In this document: positions 40,474 to 49,332 of the stretch, one piece after another | How the letters are laid out: every line of letters starts with the position of its first letter | How positions within the stretch are numbered: the first letter of the stretch is position 1 | Assembly: GCA_046052125.1 (NCBI GenBank) | Contig: JBJOMY010000002.1 | Span: 416,001 to 480,000 of the forward strand | Direction: 5' to 3' | From: Cyanobacteriota bacterium | GTDB taxonomy: Bacteria; Cyanobacteriota; Cyanobacteriia; PCC-6307; Cyanobiaceae | Length of the DNA: 64,000 nt | Program-made: the position numbers and the translations under genes | Notes under the pieces: generated by a model | What the model was told of the DNA's origin: nothing | The model's database searches: none | The model's input: the letters and a program-made list of their open reading frames with translations, nothing else

Positions 40474-41972
40474 TGGGGGCGGAACGCTGGCTGTTCTGGC
40501 ATCGGCGCGACCTGCGCCTGGCCGACAACCTGGGCCTGGCCGCGGCGGGAGCCGCCACACCGGCACTGACCGGGGTGTTTGTGCTCGATCCCGCGATTCT
40601 TGGCGCTGCCGATATGGCGCCGGCACGGGTGTGGTTTCTGCTGGAGAGCCTCAAGGAGCTGCAGCAGCGTTGGCGTGAGGTGGGTAGCCGACTGTTGGTG
40701 TTGGAGGGTGATCCTGAGCTGGTGCTGCCTCAGTTGGCTGAGGCGCTGGCGGCGCCGGTGGTGGCCTGGAACCGTGATGTGGAGCCCTATGGCCGCGCCA
40801 GAGATCGGCGTGTGGCTGCGGCACTGCAGGCGGCGGGTCGCCGCGTGTTGGTGGATTGGGATCAGTTGCTGGTAGCGCCGGAGGCGCTGAAAACCGGCGG
40901 CGGCGATCCCTATCGCGTCTATGGACCCTTCCAACGCAACTGGCGCGGCCAGGTGGAGCGCAAAGCCGCGGCCGGTTCAGCGCTGCAGGGAGGCCTCGAC
41001 CCGCTGCCCGCTCCTGCAGGGCTGATCGATCTGGATCCGGCGGCGTTGCCCGAGCCCCGTGCGGCCCTCTGGGCGCAGCTGCCCCTGCGCGACAGCCTGC
41101 CCACCCTCGCCCAGCTGGGTCAGGCGTTTGATGGGGCGGAGTGTTGCCCCTGCCGCCCTGGGGAAACGGCGGCGCTGGAGCAGTTGCAGGCCTTCTGTGA
41201 TGGCGGTGGCTTGCTGGCCTACGAGCCCGGGCGCAATATCCCGGGGGAGGCGGGCACCTCCGGCCTCAGTGCAGCCCTGAAGTTCGGCACCCTCAGCCCG
41301 CGCCAGGCCTGGGCGGCGGCCCAGGCGGCGCGTGAGTTGGCACGCAGCTCCGAAGCGCTCGAATCGATTCAGGTGTGGGAGCAGGAGCTGGCCTGGCGCG
41401 AGTTTTATCAACAGGCGCTGTTCCATTTCCCTGAGCTGGCGGAGGGGCCGTACCGCCCTCAGTGGAAGCAATTCCCGTGGGACAACCACCAGGGTCATTA
41501 CGAGGCCTGGTGCGAAGGGCTCACGGGCATGCCGATCATCGATGCGGCGATGCGCCAGCTCAATGAAAGCGGCTGGATGCACAACCGCTGCCGCATGATC
41601 GTGGCGTCTTATCTGGTGAAGGATCTGATCTGCGATTGGCGCTGGGGCGAGACCGCCTTCATGCAGCGCCTGGTGGATGGAGATCTGGCGGCCAACAACG
41701 GCGGCTGGCAGTGGAGTGCCAGCAGTGGCATGGATCCCAAACCGCTGCGCATCTTCAATCCCGCCACCCAGGCCAGCAAGTTCGACTCCGAGGGCGCCTA
41801 TATCCGCCACTGGCTGCCAGAGCTACGCCATGTGAACACCAAAGATCTGCTCAGTGGCGAGATCGCTCCGATGGAGCGTCGTGGCTACCCGGAACAGCTG
41901 GTGAGCCACAAGAGCCAACAAGCGCGTTTTAAGGCTCTGTACGCCTCCTTGACTAAACCGGGCAGCGGCTGA
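40473..41972 (+). CDS. phr: Deoxyribodipyrimidine photolyase (class I-like CPD photolyase)
   Basis: WHRRDLRLADN, GTSGLSAALKFG, ELAWREF, TGMPIIDAAMRQL, GWMHNRCRM, DGDLAANNGGWQW and RIFNP. Confidence 0.95.
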   Translation: MGAERWLFWHRRDLRLADNLGLAAAGAATPALTGVFVLDPAILGAADMAPARVWFLLESLKELQQRWREVGSRLLVLEGDPELVLPQLAEALAAPVVAWNRDVEPYGRARDRRVAAALQAAGRRVLVDWDQLLVAPEALKTGGGDPYRVYGPFQRNWRGQVERKAAAGSALQGGLDPLPAPAGLIDLDPAALPEPRAALWAQLPLRDSLPTLAQLGQAFDGAECCPCRPGETAALEQLQAFCDGGGLLAYEPGRNIPGEAGTSGLSAALKFGTLSPRQAWAAAQAARELARSSEALESIQVWEQELAWREFYQQALFHFPELAEGPYRPQWKQFPWDNHQGHYEAWCEGLTGMPIIDAAMRQLNESGWMHNRCRMIVASYLVKDLICDWRWGETAFMQRLVDGDLAANNGGWQWSASSGMDPKPLRIFNPATQASKFDSEGAYIRHWLPELRHVNTKDLLSGEIAPMERRGYPEQLVSHKSQQARFKALYASLTKPGSG

Positions 41973-41990
41973 TCAGGCGTTGATCGCCCC

Positions 41991-43211
41991 TCAGGCGGCG
42001 ACGGCTGCTGCGGTGTCGCGGTTGGCTGTGGCCCCGCAGAGGCCCTGCAGCACCTCGATCACCTGTTGCTGCTGCACGCTGCTGAGCTCCGGGAAGATCG
42101 GAAGGCTGAGCACTTCGGCGCAGAGCCGCTCGGTGATGGGCAGGGATCCCGGCTCGTAGCCGAGGTGGGCGTAGGCGGGCTGGCGGTGGATGGGGATTGG
42201 GTAGTAGATGATCGTGGTCACACCGGCTTCCTGGAGCTGCTGCTTCAGCCAGTCGCGGCAGCAGGCTTCCGGTAGGCCGAAGCTGGCGCTGTCGGACGAC
42301 GGGGTGCAGCTCTGGTTGCAGGCGGGGGTGGGGCTGCAGGCAGGCACGCGCACCACGAATTGATTCCAGCTGTGGCCTTCGGGGCCGGCCTCGGGCAGAT
42401 GGATTGCGCCGGCGGTGTTGAGTTGGCTGCGGTAGCGGGCGGCGATGTTGCGGCGCAGCTCGATCCAGCGCTCGAGGTGCGGCAGCTTCACGTTGAGCAC
42501 AGCCGCCTGGATGGCATCGAGGCGGCTGTTGTAGCCGAGTTCGGTGTGCAGGTAGCGGCGGGGCATGCCGTGCACGGCCAGCTCGCGCATCCGCTGGGCC
42601 AGGGCCTCATCTCGGCAGGTGAGCGCACCGCCATCGCCGGCGCCACCGAGGTTCTTGGTGGGGAAGAAGCTGAAGCAGCCCACATCGCCCCAGCTGCCCA
42701 CGGGCTTGCCGGCCCAGCTGGCGCCGCTGGCCTGGGCGCAGTCTTCCACCACCTTGAGGTTGTGGCGATCGGCGATGGCGCAGACCCGCTCCATATCCAC
42801 CGGCCGGCCAAACAGGTGCACGGGGAGCAGCACCTTGGTGGCGGGTGTGATCGCCGCCTCCAGCTGATCGAGGTTGATCAGATAGCTGCTCTCCTCCACA
42901 TCCACGAACACCGGCGTCGCGCCCACGGCACTGATCGCTTCGGCCGTGGCGAAAAAGCTGAACGAGCAGGTGATCACCTCATCGCCCGGGCCGATCCCCA
43001 GGCCCCGCAGCGCCAGGATCAGGGCGTCGGTGCCGCTGTTGCAGCCCACGGCAAACGGCGTGCCCACCGCCTTGGCAAAGGCCTGCTCGAAGGCAGCGAT
43101 CACGCCGCCACCGATGTATTGGCCGCTGCGTAACACCTGCAGAACGGCGGCATCAAGCTGCTCGCCTAAAGCATCGAGCTGCTCGGTGAGGCTGAAAGGG
43201 GGCACCTGCAT
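41991..43211 (-). CDS. DegT/DnrJ/EryC1/StrS PLP-dependent aminotransferase
   Basis: NSGTDAL, PVHLFG, EDCAQ, FSFFPTKNLG and GYNSRLD. Confidence 0.93.
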   Translation of the reverse strand: MQVPPFSLTEQLDALGEQLDAAVLQVLRSGQYIGGGVIAAFEQAFAKAVGTPFAVGCNSGTDALILALRGLGIGPGDEVITCSFSFFATAEAISAVGATPVFVDVEESSYLINLDQLEAAITPATKVLLPVHLFGRPVDMERVCAIADRHNLKVVEDCAQASGASWAGKPVGSWGDVGCFSFFPTKNLGGAGDGGALTCRDEALAQRMRELAVHGMPRRYLHTELGYNSRLDAIQAAVLNVKLPHLERWIELRRNIAARYRSQLNTAGAIHLPEAGPEGHSWNQFVVRVPACSPTPACNQSCTPSSDSASFGLPEACCRDWLKQQLQEAGVTTIIYYPIPIHRQPAYAHLGYEPGSLPITERLCAEVLSLPIFPELSSVQQQQVIEVLQGLCGATANRDTAAAVAA

Positions 43212-43239
43212 AAAGGCAACCTTAAGGCCCCTGTTCGGA

Positions 43240-43839
43240 TCACCGCCCCGCCGTGCCCTCGGGGTGCCATTTGATGTTGCAGCCGATCGAAGGCTGCTGG
43301 GGCTCAGGGATCGGTTGGCCGTTAAGCAGGGCTGCGATCGCCGCTCGTAGGTCACGACCATCCAGCGGCTGATCGTTGCCCGGGCGGCTGGCATCGAGCT
43401 GGCCGCGGTACACCAGTTGATGGGCGCTGTTGAACAGATAAAGGTCGGGGGTGCAGGCGGCGTGGAACGCCCGCGCCACCGCCTGGCTGGCATCGAAGAG
43501 ATAAGGGAACCTCCAGCCGTTGCGTTCGGCCTGCTCCCGCAAACCCTCGGGGCCGTCCTGGGGGTGGGTGAGGGTGCTGTTGCTGGCGATGGCCAGGATC
43601 TGGATGCGGCCGCTGGTGTCCCGCTCCAATCGGCTCAGCTCCGGCTCGATGTGTTTCACAAAGGGGCAGTGGGCGCAGATGAACAGCACCAACACGGGCG
43701 CCGGCTCCAGCGCTGCACTGCTCCAGTTCTCGCCGCGATCACCCTGGCCAACGGCTCCCTGCGCTCCCCACACCTGCTCGAGCTGGAAGCTGGGCAGGGG
43801 CGTTCCCAGCGGCAGCATCGTGGAGGGGGTGAGCACCAT
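43240..43839 (-). CDS. Thioredoxin-fold AhpC/TSA-like protein
   Basis: FICAHCPFV, FPYLFDASQ, AACTPD and SIGCNIKW. Confidence 0.9.
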   Translation of the reverse strand: MVLTPSTMLPLGTPLPSFQLEQVWGAQGAVGQGDRGENWSSAALEPAPVLVLFICAHCPFVKHIEPELSRLERDTSGRIQILAIASNSTLTHPQDGPEGLREQAERNGWRFPYLFDASQAVARAFHAACTPDLYLFNSAHQLVYRGQLDASRPGNDQPLDGRDLRAAIAALLNGQPIPEPQQPSIGCNIKWHPEGTAGR

Positions 43840-43893
43840 GGCAGTCGCTGCGGCGCAGTTCGGGCAGGATGCCGCGATTGTGTCTCAGCTGCC

Positions 43894-44439
43894 TTGATCC
43901 CTCCTGCGCTGCGTCGCTTCCGCTGTTCGGGTGCTCTGCTGTTGCTGCTCGCCGCGGCCGTGGCGGGCTGTGTGCCGGCGCATCGCAGTGCCAGCTGGGC
44001 GATTTTCCCGCTGCAGCGCAATCAGCCCCATGACGGCCTGGCGGTGGTGAGCCAACCCGATGGCTATGGCCTGCACATCTGGCTCGAAACCGATACCGCC
44101 CAGCAAGGGGTGTGCCGGCCCCGCTGGCTCGTGGATCCGGCCCGGTTGTTCAACGGCAATGGCAGCGCACCCTTCAGTTCGGGGCTGGCCACCCGGGCTG
44201 AATTCTTCGAGGCCGTGGCCCGCAAGGACGTGCAACGCGCCCTCAAACGGGAGCTGGAAGCGCTCTGCAAGCAGCGGGCGCCGGGGGCGCAGTGGCAGTG
44301 GATCGATCCACCGCGCAAGCCCGCCGATGTGAAGGTGCAGACCTTCCCCCTGGTGGAAGAGCAGGATTTGCTGCCCGCGCCTTCGGAGGTGCGCCAAGAG
44401 GAGGAGGAGCTGATGAACGGGGCTACACCGGCCTCCTGA
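43894..44439 (+). CDS. Hypothetical lipoprotein
   Basis: Signal-like stretch ending in lipobox AVAGC, then PHDGLAVVSQPDGYGLH and ARLFNGN. Start uncertain. Confidence 0.65.
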   Translation: MIPPALRRFRCSGALLLLLAAAVAGCVPAHRSASWAIFPLQRNQPHDGLAVVSQPDGYGLHIWLETDTAQQGVCRPRWLVDPARLFNGNGSAPFSSGLATRAEFFEAVARKDVQRALKRELEALCKQRAPGAQWQWIDPPRKPADVKVQTFPLVEEQDLLPAPSEVRQEEEELMNGATPAS

Positions 44440-44451
44440 GCCGCGGCTGCC

Positions 44452-44922
44452 CTACGCCTCTTGGCCCCAGCCGGCCCAGACTTCCCGTTCGGCGCGGCGC
44501 CAGTAACGGCTGAAGCGCCCCAGATCCGCTGGACCCTCCATCTGCACGAACGGCTCCACCTCAAGCACCTGCACCGGAAGCTGCTGCTCCAGGGTTTGGC
44601 AGATGGCTTCCACGCGGGGGTCTGTGCCAGAGGTGGTCACGATCCCGTCGGCGCCATGGGCCCTGGCGAAGGCCAGCACCTCCTCGGCCACATCACCCTT
44701 GCGCAGGCTCACGGGCAGCTCCAGCAGACACTCGTAGAGGAAGCCGATGCGCTTGAGGCTCACGGGCTCGGTGGCGCCTGCGGGGTCGCCGGTGGTGGGG
44801 CTGCGGCCGGCCAGCAGAGCGCTGTCGAACACAAACACGGCAGGCCGGCCCGGGTAGGCCAGGAGGGCGGGGTTGGCGGGGCCGAGGGCCTCGCCGTGAA
44901 TCCACAGGATGGGGCGTTGCAT
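44452..44922 (-). CDS. Stand-alone photolyase alpha/beta (antenna-like) domain protein
   Basis: ILWIHGEALGPANPAL..AVFVFD..KRIGFLYECLLEL..RFSRYW resembles a photolyase N-terminal domain. Lies 9 nt downstream of the FAD-domain gene. Confidence 0.7.
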   Translation of the reverse strand: MQRPILWIHGEALGPANPALLAYPGRPAVFVFDSALLAGRSPTTGDPAGATEPVSLKRIGFLYECLLELPVSLRKGDVAEEVLAFARAHGADGIVTTSGTDPRVEAICQTLEQQLPVQVLEVEPFVQMEGPADLGRFSRYWRRAEREVWAGWGQEA

Positions 44923-44931
44923 CGGCTCAGT

Positions 44932-45852
44932 TCAGCGGCGGCGGGCGGGACGGCTCAGGGCGGCGGAGGGCCCTCCCTGGCGGGTGCTGTTGCGCTCTCG
45001 GCCGCGCTCTCGGCTGCGGTTGTCGACCGCGCGAATCGCCGGCATCGGCGCGAATAACTCTGCTTCCAGCTGCTCATAGCTGGCCTCAAACGGACAGCCC
45101 TGCTCGCGCAACGCGCAGCTGCGGCAGAAGCTGCCGTTGCTGTAGCGCTCGAGGTTGCCGCGATTGAAGAAGTAGGGCTTGTGGCTGAAGTTGCTGGCCA
45201 CCCACTGCCAGCTCAGGTTGTTGCTGGCCGGATCGCCATCGAGCAGGTGGCGCAGGAACCACTGGGCCCCGGCTTGCCAGCGGATCCGCCGCCAGTGCAC
45301 CAGGTAGGCCGCCAGCCACATGCGGGCGTGGTTGTGCAGCCAGCCCGTTTCGTGGAGTTCGGCGATGAAGCCATCCATGCAGGCCAGGCCCGTGCGGCCC
45401 TCGGCGATGTCGGCGGGGAGGGAGGGGGTATAGGCCGCGGCGCTGTGGCCGGTTTTGAGCTCCTCCTGATCGCGCCAGATGCCATCGCCGAGCTGCTGCC
45501 AGAGGCGCTGCCAGTAGTCGCGCCAGCCCAACTCATTGATCAGCTTCTCGCTGCCCTGCCGGCTGCGGGTGCGGGCGAACACGGCATCGCGCACTTCGGC
45601 CAGCGTGAGCACGCCGTGGCGGATGTAGGGGGAGAGGCGAGTGACCGGCCCATCGAGGAAGTTGCGCCCCTTGGCGTAGCGCTCCGGCTGGATTCGGTTC
45701 AGCAGCGCCTGGGCCTGGCGGCGGCCGCCGCGGATCGGGCTGAGCGCGCCAGGGGCCTCCGGGAACAGCTGCTGCAGTTCGGCCTCCAGGGCCTGGCGGC
45801 TGTCGAAGCGGCGGGGCAGCTCGCCCGGCTGCTCGGGCCAGGCCAGCGGCAC
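44932..45852 (-). CDS. Short photolyase-like protein (FAD-binding domain only)
   Basis: YAKGRNFLDGPVTRLSPYIRHG, ELGWRDYW, TGWLHNHARMW and LLDGDPASNNLSWQW. Start uncertain (GTG 45852). Confidence 0.88.
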   Translation of the reverse strand: MPLAWPEQPGELPRRFDSRQALEAELQQLFPEAPGALSPIRGGRRQAQALLNRIQPERYAKGRNFLDGPVTRLSPYIRHGVLTLAEVRDAVFARTRSRQGSEKLINELGWRDYWQRLWQQLGDGIWRDQEELKTGHSAAAYTPSLPADIAEGRTGLACMDGFIAELHETGWLHNHARMWLAAYLVHWRRIRWQAGAQWFLRHLLDGDPASNNLSWQWVASNFSHKPYFFNRGNLERYSNGSFCRSCALREQGCPFEASYEQLEAELFAPMPAIRAVDNRSRERGRERNSTRQGGPSAALSRPARRR

Positions 45853-45976
45853 GCCGGCGAGGGAATCGGGGGCCAAGGCTTGCGGCGGTGGAGGCGTTGA
45901 TCCTGCCGGCTGGCGGCCCCTGGCCGCGGCTGGGGGAGAATCCCCCGATCGCAACCGCACCGGCGTCGTTTTCCCC

Positions 45977-46759
45977 ATGCTTCTCGATCTGCGCGGCAAG
46001 AAGGCCCTTGTGACGGGCATCGCCAATAACAAGTCGATCGCCTGGGGCATCGCCCAGCAGCTGCATGCCGCCGGCGCCGAGCTGGGGGTCACCTACCTCC
46101 CCGATGAGAAGGGCCGCTTCGAGGGCAAGGTGCGCGATCTCACCGCTCCCCTGGCTCCCACCCTCTTTGAGCCCCTCAACGTGCAGGACCCGGCTCAGAT
46201 CGAGGCCGTGTTCACCCGGGTGAAGGAGCAGTGGGGCTCCATCGATGTGCTCGTGCATTGCCTGGCCTATGCCGGCAAAGACGAACTGGTGGGCGACTAC
46301 TCCAATATTTCCCCCGAAGGCTTCGCCCGGGCACTGGAGGTGAGCGCCTACTCCCTGGCGCCGCTCTGCCGCTACGCCAAGCCGCTGTTTAACGAGGGCG
46401 CCAGTGTGATCACCCTCAGCTACCTGGGCGCTGAGCGCGCCATCCCCAACTACAACGTGATGGGCGTGGCCAAGGCGGCTCTCGAGGCTTCAGTGCGGTA
46501 CCTCGCCGCTGAGCTGGGCGCCGAGAAGCAGGTGCGCGTGAACGCGATCAGCGCGGGCCCGATCCGCACCCTCGCCAGCTCCGCCATCGGCGGGATCCTC
46601 GACATGATCCACAACGTGGAGGAAAAGGCTCCGCTGCACCGCACCGTGACTCAAGACGAGGTGGGCGGCACAGCGGCATTCCTGGCCAGTCCTCTCTCCA
46701 GTGGCATCACCGGCCAGGTGATTTACGTGGATGCGGGCTACTGCATCACGGGGATGTGA
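45977..46759 (+). CDS. fabI: Enoyl-ACP reductase
   Basis: GIANNKSIAWGIA, YNVMGVAKAALE and NAISAGPIRTLAS. Confidence 0.97.
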   Translation: MLLDLRGKKALVTGIANNKSIAWGIAQQLHAAGAELGVTYLPDEKGRFEGKVRDLTAPLAPTLFEPLNVQDPAQIEAVFTRVKEQWGSIDVLVHCLAYAGKDELVGDYSNISPEGFARALEVSAYSLAPLCRYAKPLFNEGASVITLSYLGAERAIPNYNVMGVAKAALEASVRYLAAELGAEKQVRVNAISAGPIRTLASSAIGGILDMIHNVEEKAPLHRTVTQDEVGGTAAFLASPLSSGITGQVIYVDAGYCITGM

Positions 46760-46767
46760 GCCAGGGT

Positions 46768-46932
46768 TCAGCCCCGCTGGTGGCGGGACAGGCTGGCGGC
46801 TGAGAAGAGAAAGCCTTCCTCGCGTGCAATCGCCACCACGGCACTCACATCAGCGGCGGAATCGATCCGCTGCTGGATGGCGGGGTTGGCATCGGCCTTG
46901 GCCAGAAAAGCCATAAGTTGCGCTTTTGACAT
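46768..46932 (-). CDS. Nif11-like leader peptide domain protein (54 aa)
   Basis: MSKAQLMAFLAKADANPAIQQRIDSAADVSAVVAIAREEGFLFS matches the Nif11/ProcA leader pattern (QLxAFLxK...VVAIAxxxGF). Confidence 0.82.
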   Translation of the reverse strand: MSKAQLMAFLAKADANPAIQQRIDSAADVSAVVAIAREEGFLFSAASLSRHQRG

Positions 46933-47033
46933 TGGGCTGGCCAATAAGTTCAGTTGAACCCTAGGTCGCCTCGGCGTGTGGCGCCCGGGCATGATCGGAA
47001 TCTCCGATCCAGGGCCGCCAGCCGGTGACTGAC

Positions 47034-47636
47034 ATGCGTAGCGGCGAGATCCACCGCGTCACCGGTGAAACCGATGTGCGCGTGCAGCTCAACCTCGATG
47101 GCACCGGTCGCTGCCAGGCGAACACCGGCGTGCCGTTTCTGGATCACATGCTCCATCAGATCAGCAGCCATGGGCTGATCGATCTGGAGGTGAATGCGGT
47201 GGGTGACACCCACATCGACGATCACCACACCAATGAAGATGTGGGCATCGCCATCGGTCAGGCCCTAGCGCAGGCCCTGGGCGACCGCCGCGGCATCCAT
47301 CGCTTCGGGCACTTTGTGGCGCCGCTCGATGAGGCGCTGGTGCAGGTGGCTCTGGATTGCAGCGGCCGCCCGCACCTGAGCTTCGGCCTGCAGATCCCTG
47401 CTCAGAAGATCGGCACCTACGACACCGAACTGGTGAAGGAGTTCTTCGTGGCCGTGGTGAACAACTCCGGCCTCACCCTGCATATCCGCCAGCTGGATGG
47501 GGTGAATTCGCACCACATCGTGGAGGCCTGCTTCAAGGCCTTCGCCCGGGCGCTGCGCCTCGCCACTGAGATCGACCCGCGCCGGGCCGGTGCGGTGCCG
47601 AGCAGCAAGGGCGTGCTGGAGCGGGCGGGTGCCTGA
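47034..47636 (+). CDS. hisB: Imidazoleglycerol-phosphate dehydratase
   Basis: [30 protein letters not shown] and [12 protein letters not shown]. Confidence 0.97.
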   Translation: MRSGEIHRVTGETDVRVQLNLDGTGRCQANTGVPFLDHMLHQISSHGLIDLEVNAVGDTHIDDHHTNEDVGIAIGQALAQALGDRRGIHRFGHFVAPLDEALVQVALDCSGRPHLSFGLQIPAQKIGTYDTELVKEFFVAVVNNSGLTLHIRQLDGVNSHHIVEACFKAFARALRLATEIDPRRAGAVPSSKGVLERAGA

Positions 47637-47720
47637 ACAGGGATGAGCGGCTGCGTCTGCTGTCTGGTTCGCCCGGTGGTCTTTTCGGTCTGTTCCCTGG
47701 CTGACTTGGTTTCTGGTTCT

Positions 47721-47771
47721 GCTCCAGATGTGCGACCACATCTCACATGAGAGTGGTCGCACATCTGGAGC
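47721..47771. repeat. Perfect 19-bp inverted repeat with 13-nt spacer
   Basis: GCTCCAGATGTGCGACCAC (47721-47739), ATCTCACATGAGA, GTGGTCGCACATCTGGAGC (47753-47771). Confidence 0.95.
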
Positions 47772-47851
47772 CGTCTGACCAGCGGGGTCCGACCTAACCG
47801 CCTTAACACTCCGTTACGCGATGATCGGGGTTCGCGCCTGCCGCTGCCCCC

Positions 47852-49300
47852 ATGACCGTTGCTCCAGCTGCTGCCCCGGCCTACGACCGCGCTGATTGGG
47901 CGAGCGCGTTTCGCAACGTGGGCGTGGAGCTGGATGGGGTGGAGCTCAAGGCCGCCCGTGGTGCCATCCCGGCCGAGCTGGTGGGGACGCTCTATCGCAA
48001 TGGTCCCGGCCGATTAGAGCGCGGCGGCCAGTGGGTGCATCACCCCTTTGATGGCGACGGCATGATCACCGCCCTGCGCTTTGCCGGCGGCAAGGCGGAG
48101 CTGCGCAATCGCTTTGTGCGCACCGAGGGCTGGCAGGCCGAGGAGGTGGCCGACAAGTTCCTCTACCGCGGCGTTTTTGGCACCCAGAAGCCCGGCGGGG
48201 CCGTGGCCAACGCCTTCGACCTGCGCCTCAAGAACATCGCCAACACCCACGTGGTGCGCCTCGGCGATCAGCTGCTGGCGCTCTGGGAGGCGGCGGAGCC
48301 CCATGCTCTGGATCCCGACACCCTGGAGACCCGAGGCCTGAGCCTGCTCGATGGCGTGCTCAAAAAGGGTGAGGCCTTTAGCGCTCACCCCCGCTTCGAT
48401 CCCGGCCATCACGGTGCCACGCGGATGGTGACCTTCGGGGTGAAGGCCGGCCCCCGCAGCACGATCCGGCTGATGGAGTTCTCCACTGGCGGCGAGCTCC
48501 TGGCCGACAGCCGCCACAGCTTCAAGGGTTTCGCCTTCCTGCACGACTTCGCCATCACCCCCAACTGGGCGGTGTTTCTGCAGAACGCAGTGGCCTTCAA
48601 TCCCACCGGCTTTGTGCTCGGCCAGAAGGGCGCGGCTCAGTGTCTGGCCTCGAAGCCCGGTGAACAGGGGCAGTTCTGGCTGATTCCCCGCAGCGGTGAA
48701 GGCAAGCCCCTGCAGATCCCTGCGCCGGAAGGCTTTGTGTTCCACCACCTCAATGCCTTTGAGGAGGGCAACGAGCTGGTGGTGGATTCGATCTATTACG
48801 ACGACTTCCCCTCCATCGGCCCGGACGTGGATTTCCGCCAGGTGGATTTCGAAACGATCCCGGCGGGCCAGCTGGTGCGTTGCCGCATCAACCTGGACAC
48901 TGCAGCGGTGCAGAAGGAGCTGCTCGAGCCCCGCACCTGCGAGTTCGCGATGGTGAATCCCGAGCGCCAGGGGCTGCAGGCCCGCACCAGCTGGATGGCT
49001 GTGGCCGAGCGCGAGCAGGGCAACGATCCGCTGCAGGCCATCAAGAAGCTCGATCTCGCCACAGGTGAGGGCCAGGTGTGGAGCGCCGCTCCGCGGGGCT
49101 TTGTCAGCGAGCCGCTGATGGTGCCCCGTCCCGGTGCCACGGCGGAAGACGACGGCTGGGTGCTCTGCCTGGTGTGGAACGGTGCGCGCTGCGCCAGTGA
49201 TCTGGTGATCCTTGATGCGGCCTCGCTGGCGGAGGTGGCTGTGCTCGAGTTGCCCCTGGCGGTGCCCCACGGCCTGCACGGCAGCTTCGCTCCGGCCTGA
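47852..49300 (+). CDS. Carotenoid cleavage oxygenase (apocarotenoid oxygenase-like, RPE65 family)
   Basis: LYRNGPG, HHPFDGDG, FSAHP, FLHDF, FVFHH, EDDGW and HGLHG, giving the four Fe-ligand His. Confidence 0.94.
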   Translation: MTVAPAAAPAYDRADWASAFRNVGVELDGVELKAARGAIPAELVGTLYRNGPGRLERGGQWVHHPFDGDGMITALRFAGGKAELRNRFVRTEGWQAEEVADKFLYRGVFGTQKPGGAVANAFDLRLKNIANTHVVRLGDQLLALWEAAEPHALDPDTLETRGLSLLDGVLKKGEAFSAHPRFDPGHHGATRMVTFGVKAGPRSTIRLMEFSTGGELLADSRHSFKGFAFLHDFAITPNWAVFLQNAVAFNPTGFVLGQKGAAQCLASKPGEQGQFWLIPRSGEGKPLQIPAPEGFVFHHLNAFEEGNELVVDSIYYDDFPSIGPDVDFRQVDFETIPAGQLVRCRINLDTAAVQKELLEPRTCEFAMVNPERQGLQARTSWMAVAEREQGNDPLQAIKKLDLATGEGQVWSAAPRGFVSEPLMVPRPGATAEDDGWVLCLVWNGARCASDLVILDAASLAEVAVLELPLAVPHGLHGSFAPA

Positions 49301-49332
49301 GCAGCATGGGGGCATGCCCCCGCTCGCTTGCG

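Noticed and set aside
39717..47771. The 8-kb interval between the palindromes as a mobile element
   Set aside because: It contains core genes (fabI, hisB, photolyase) with normal composition and no recombinase or transposase.
47721..47771. Palindrome B as the hisB intrinsic terminator, or the pair as a CRISPR remnant
   Set aside because: There is no U-tract on either side. There are only two dispersed copies, with no repeat-spacer periodicity and no cas genes.
47803..47820. HLR1/RpaB-like direct repeat TTAACACT-CC-GTTACGCG upstream of the carotenoid oxygenase
   Set aside because: It matches only 11 of 16 consensus positions, too weak to call without a PWM scan or TSS data.
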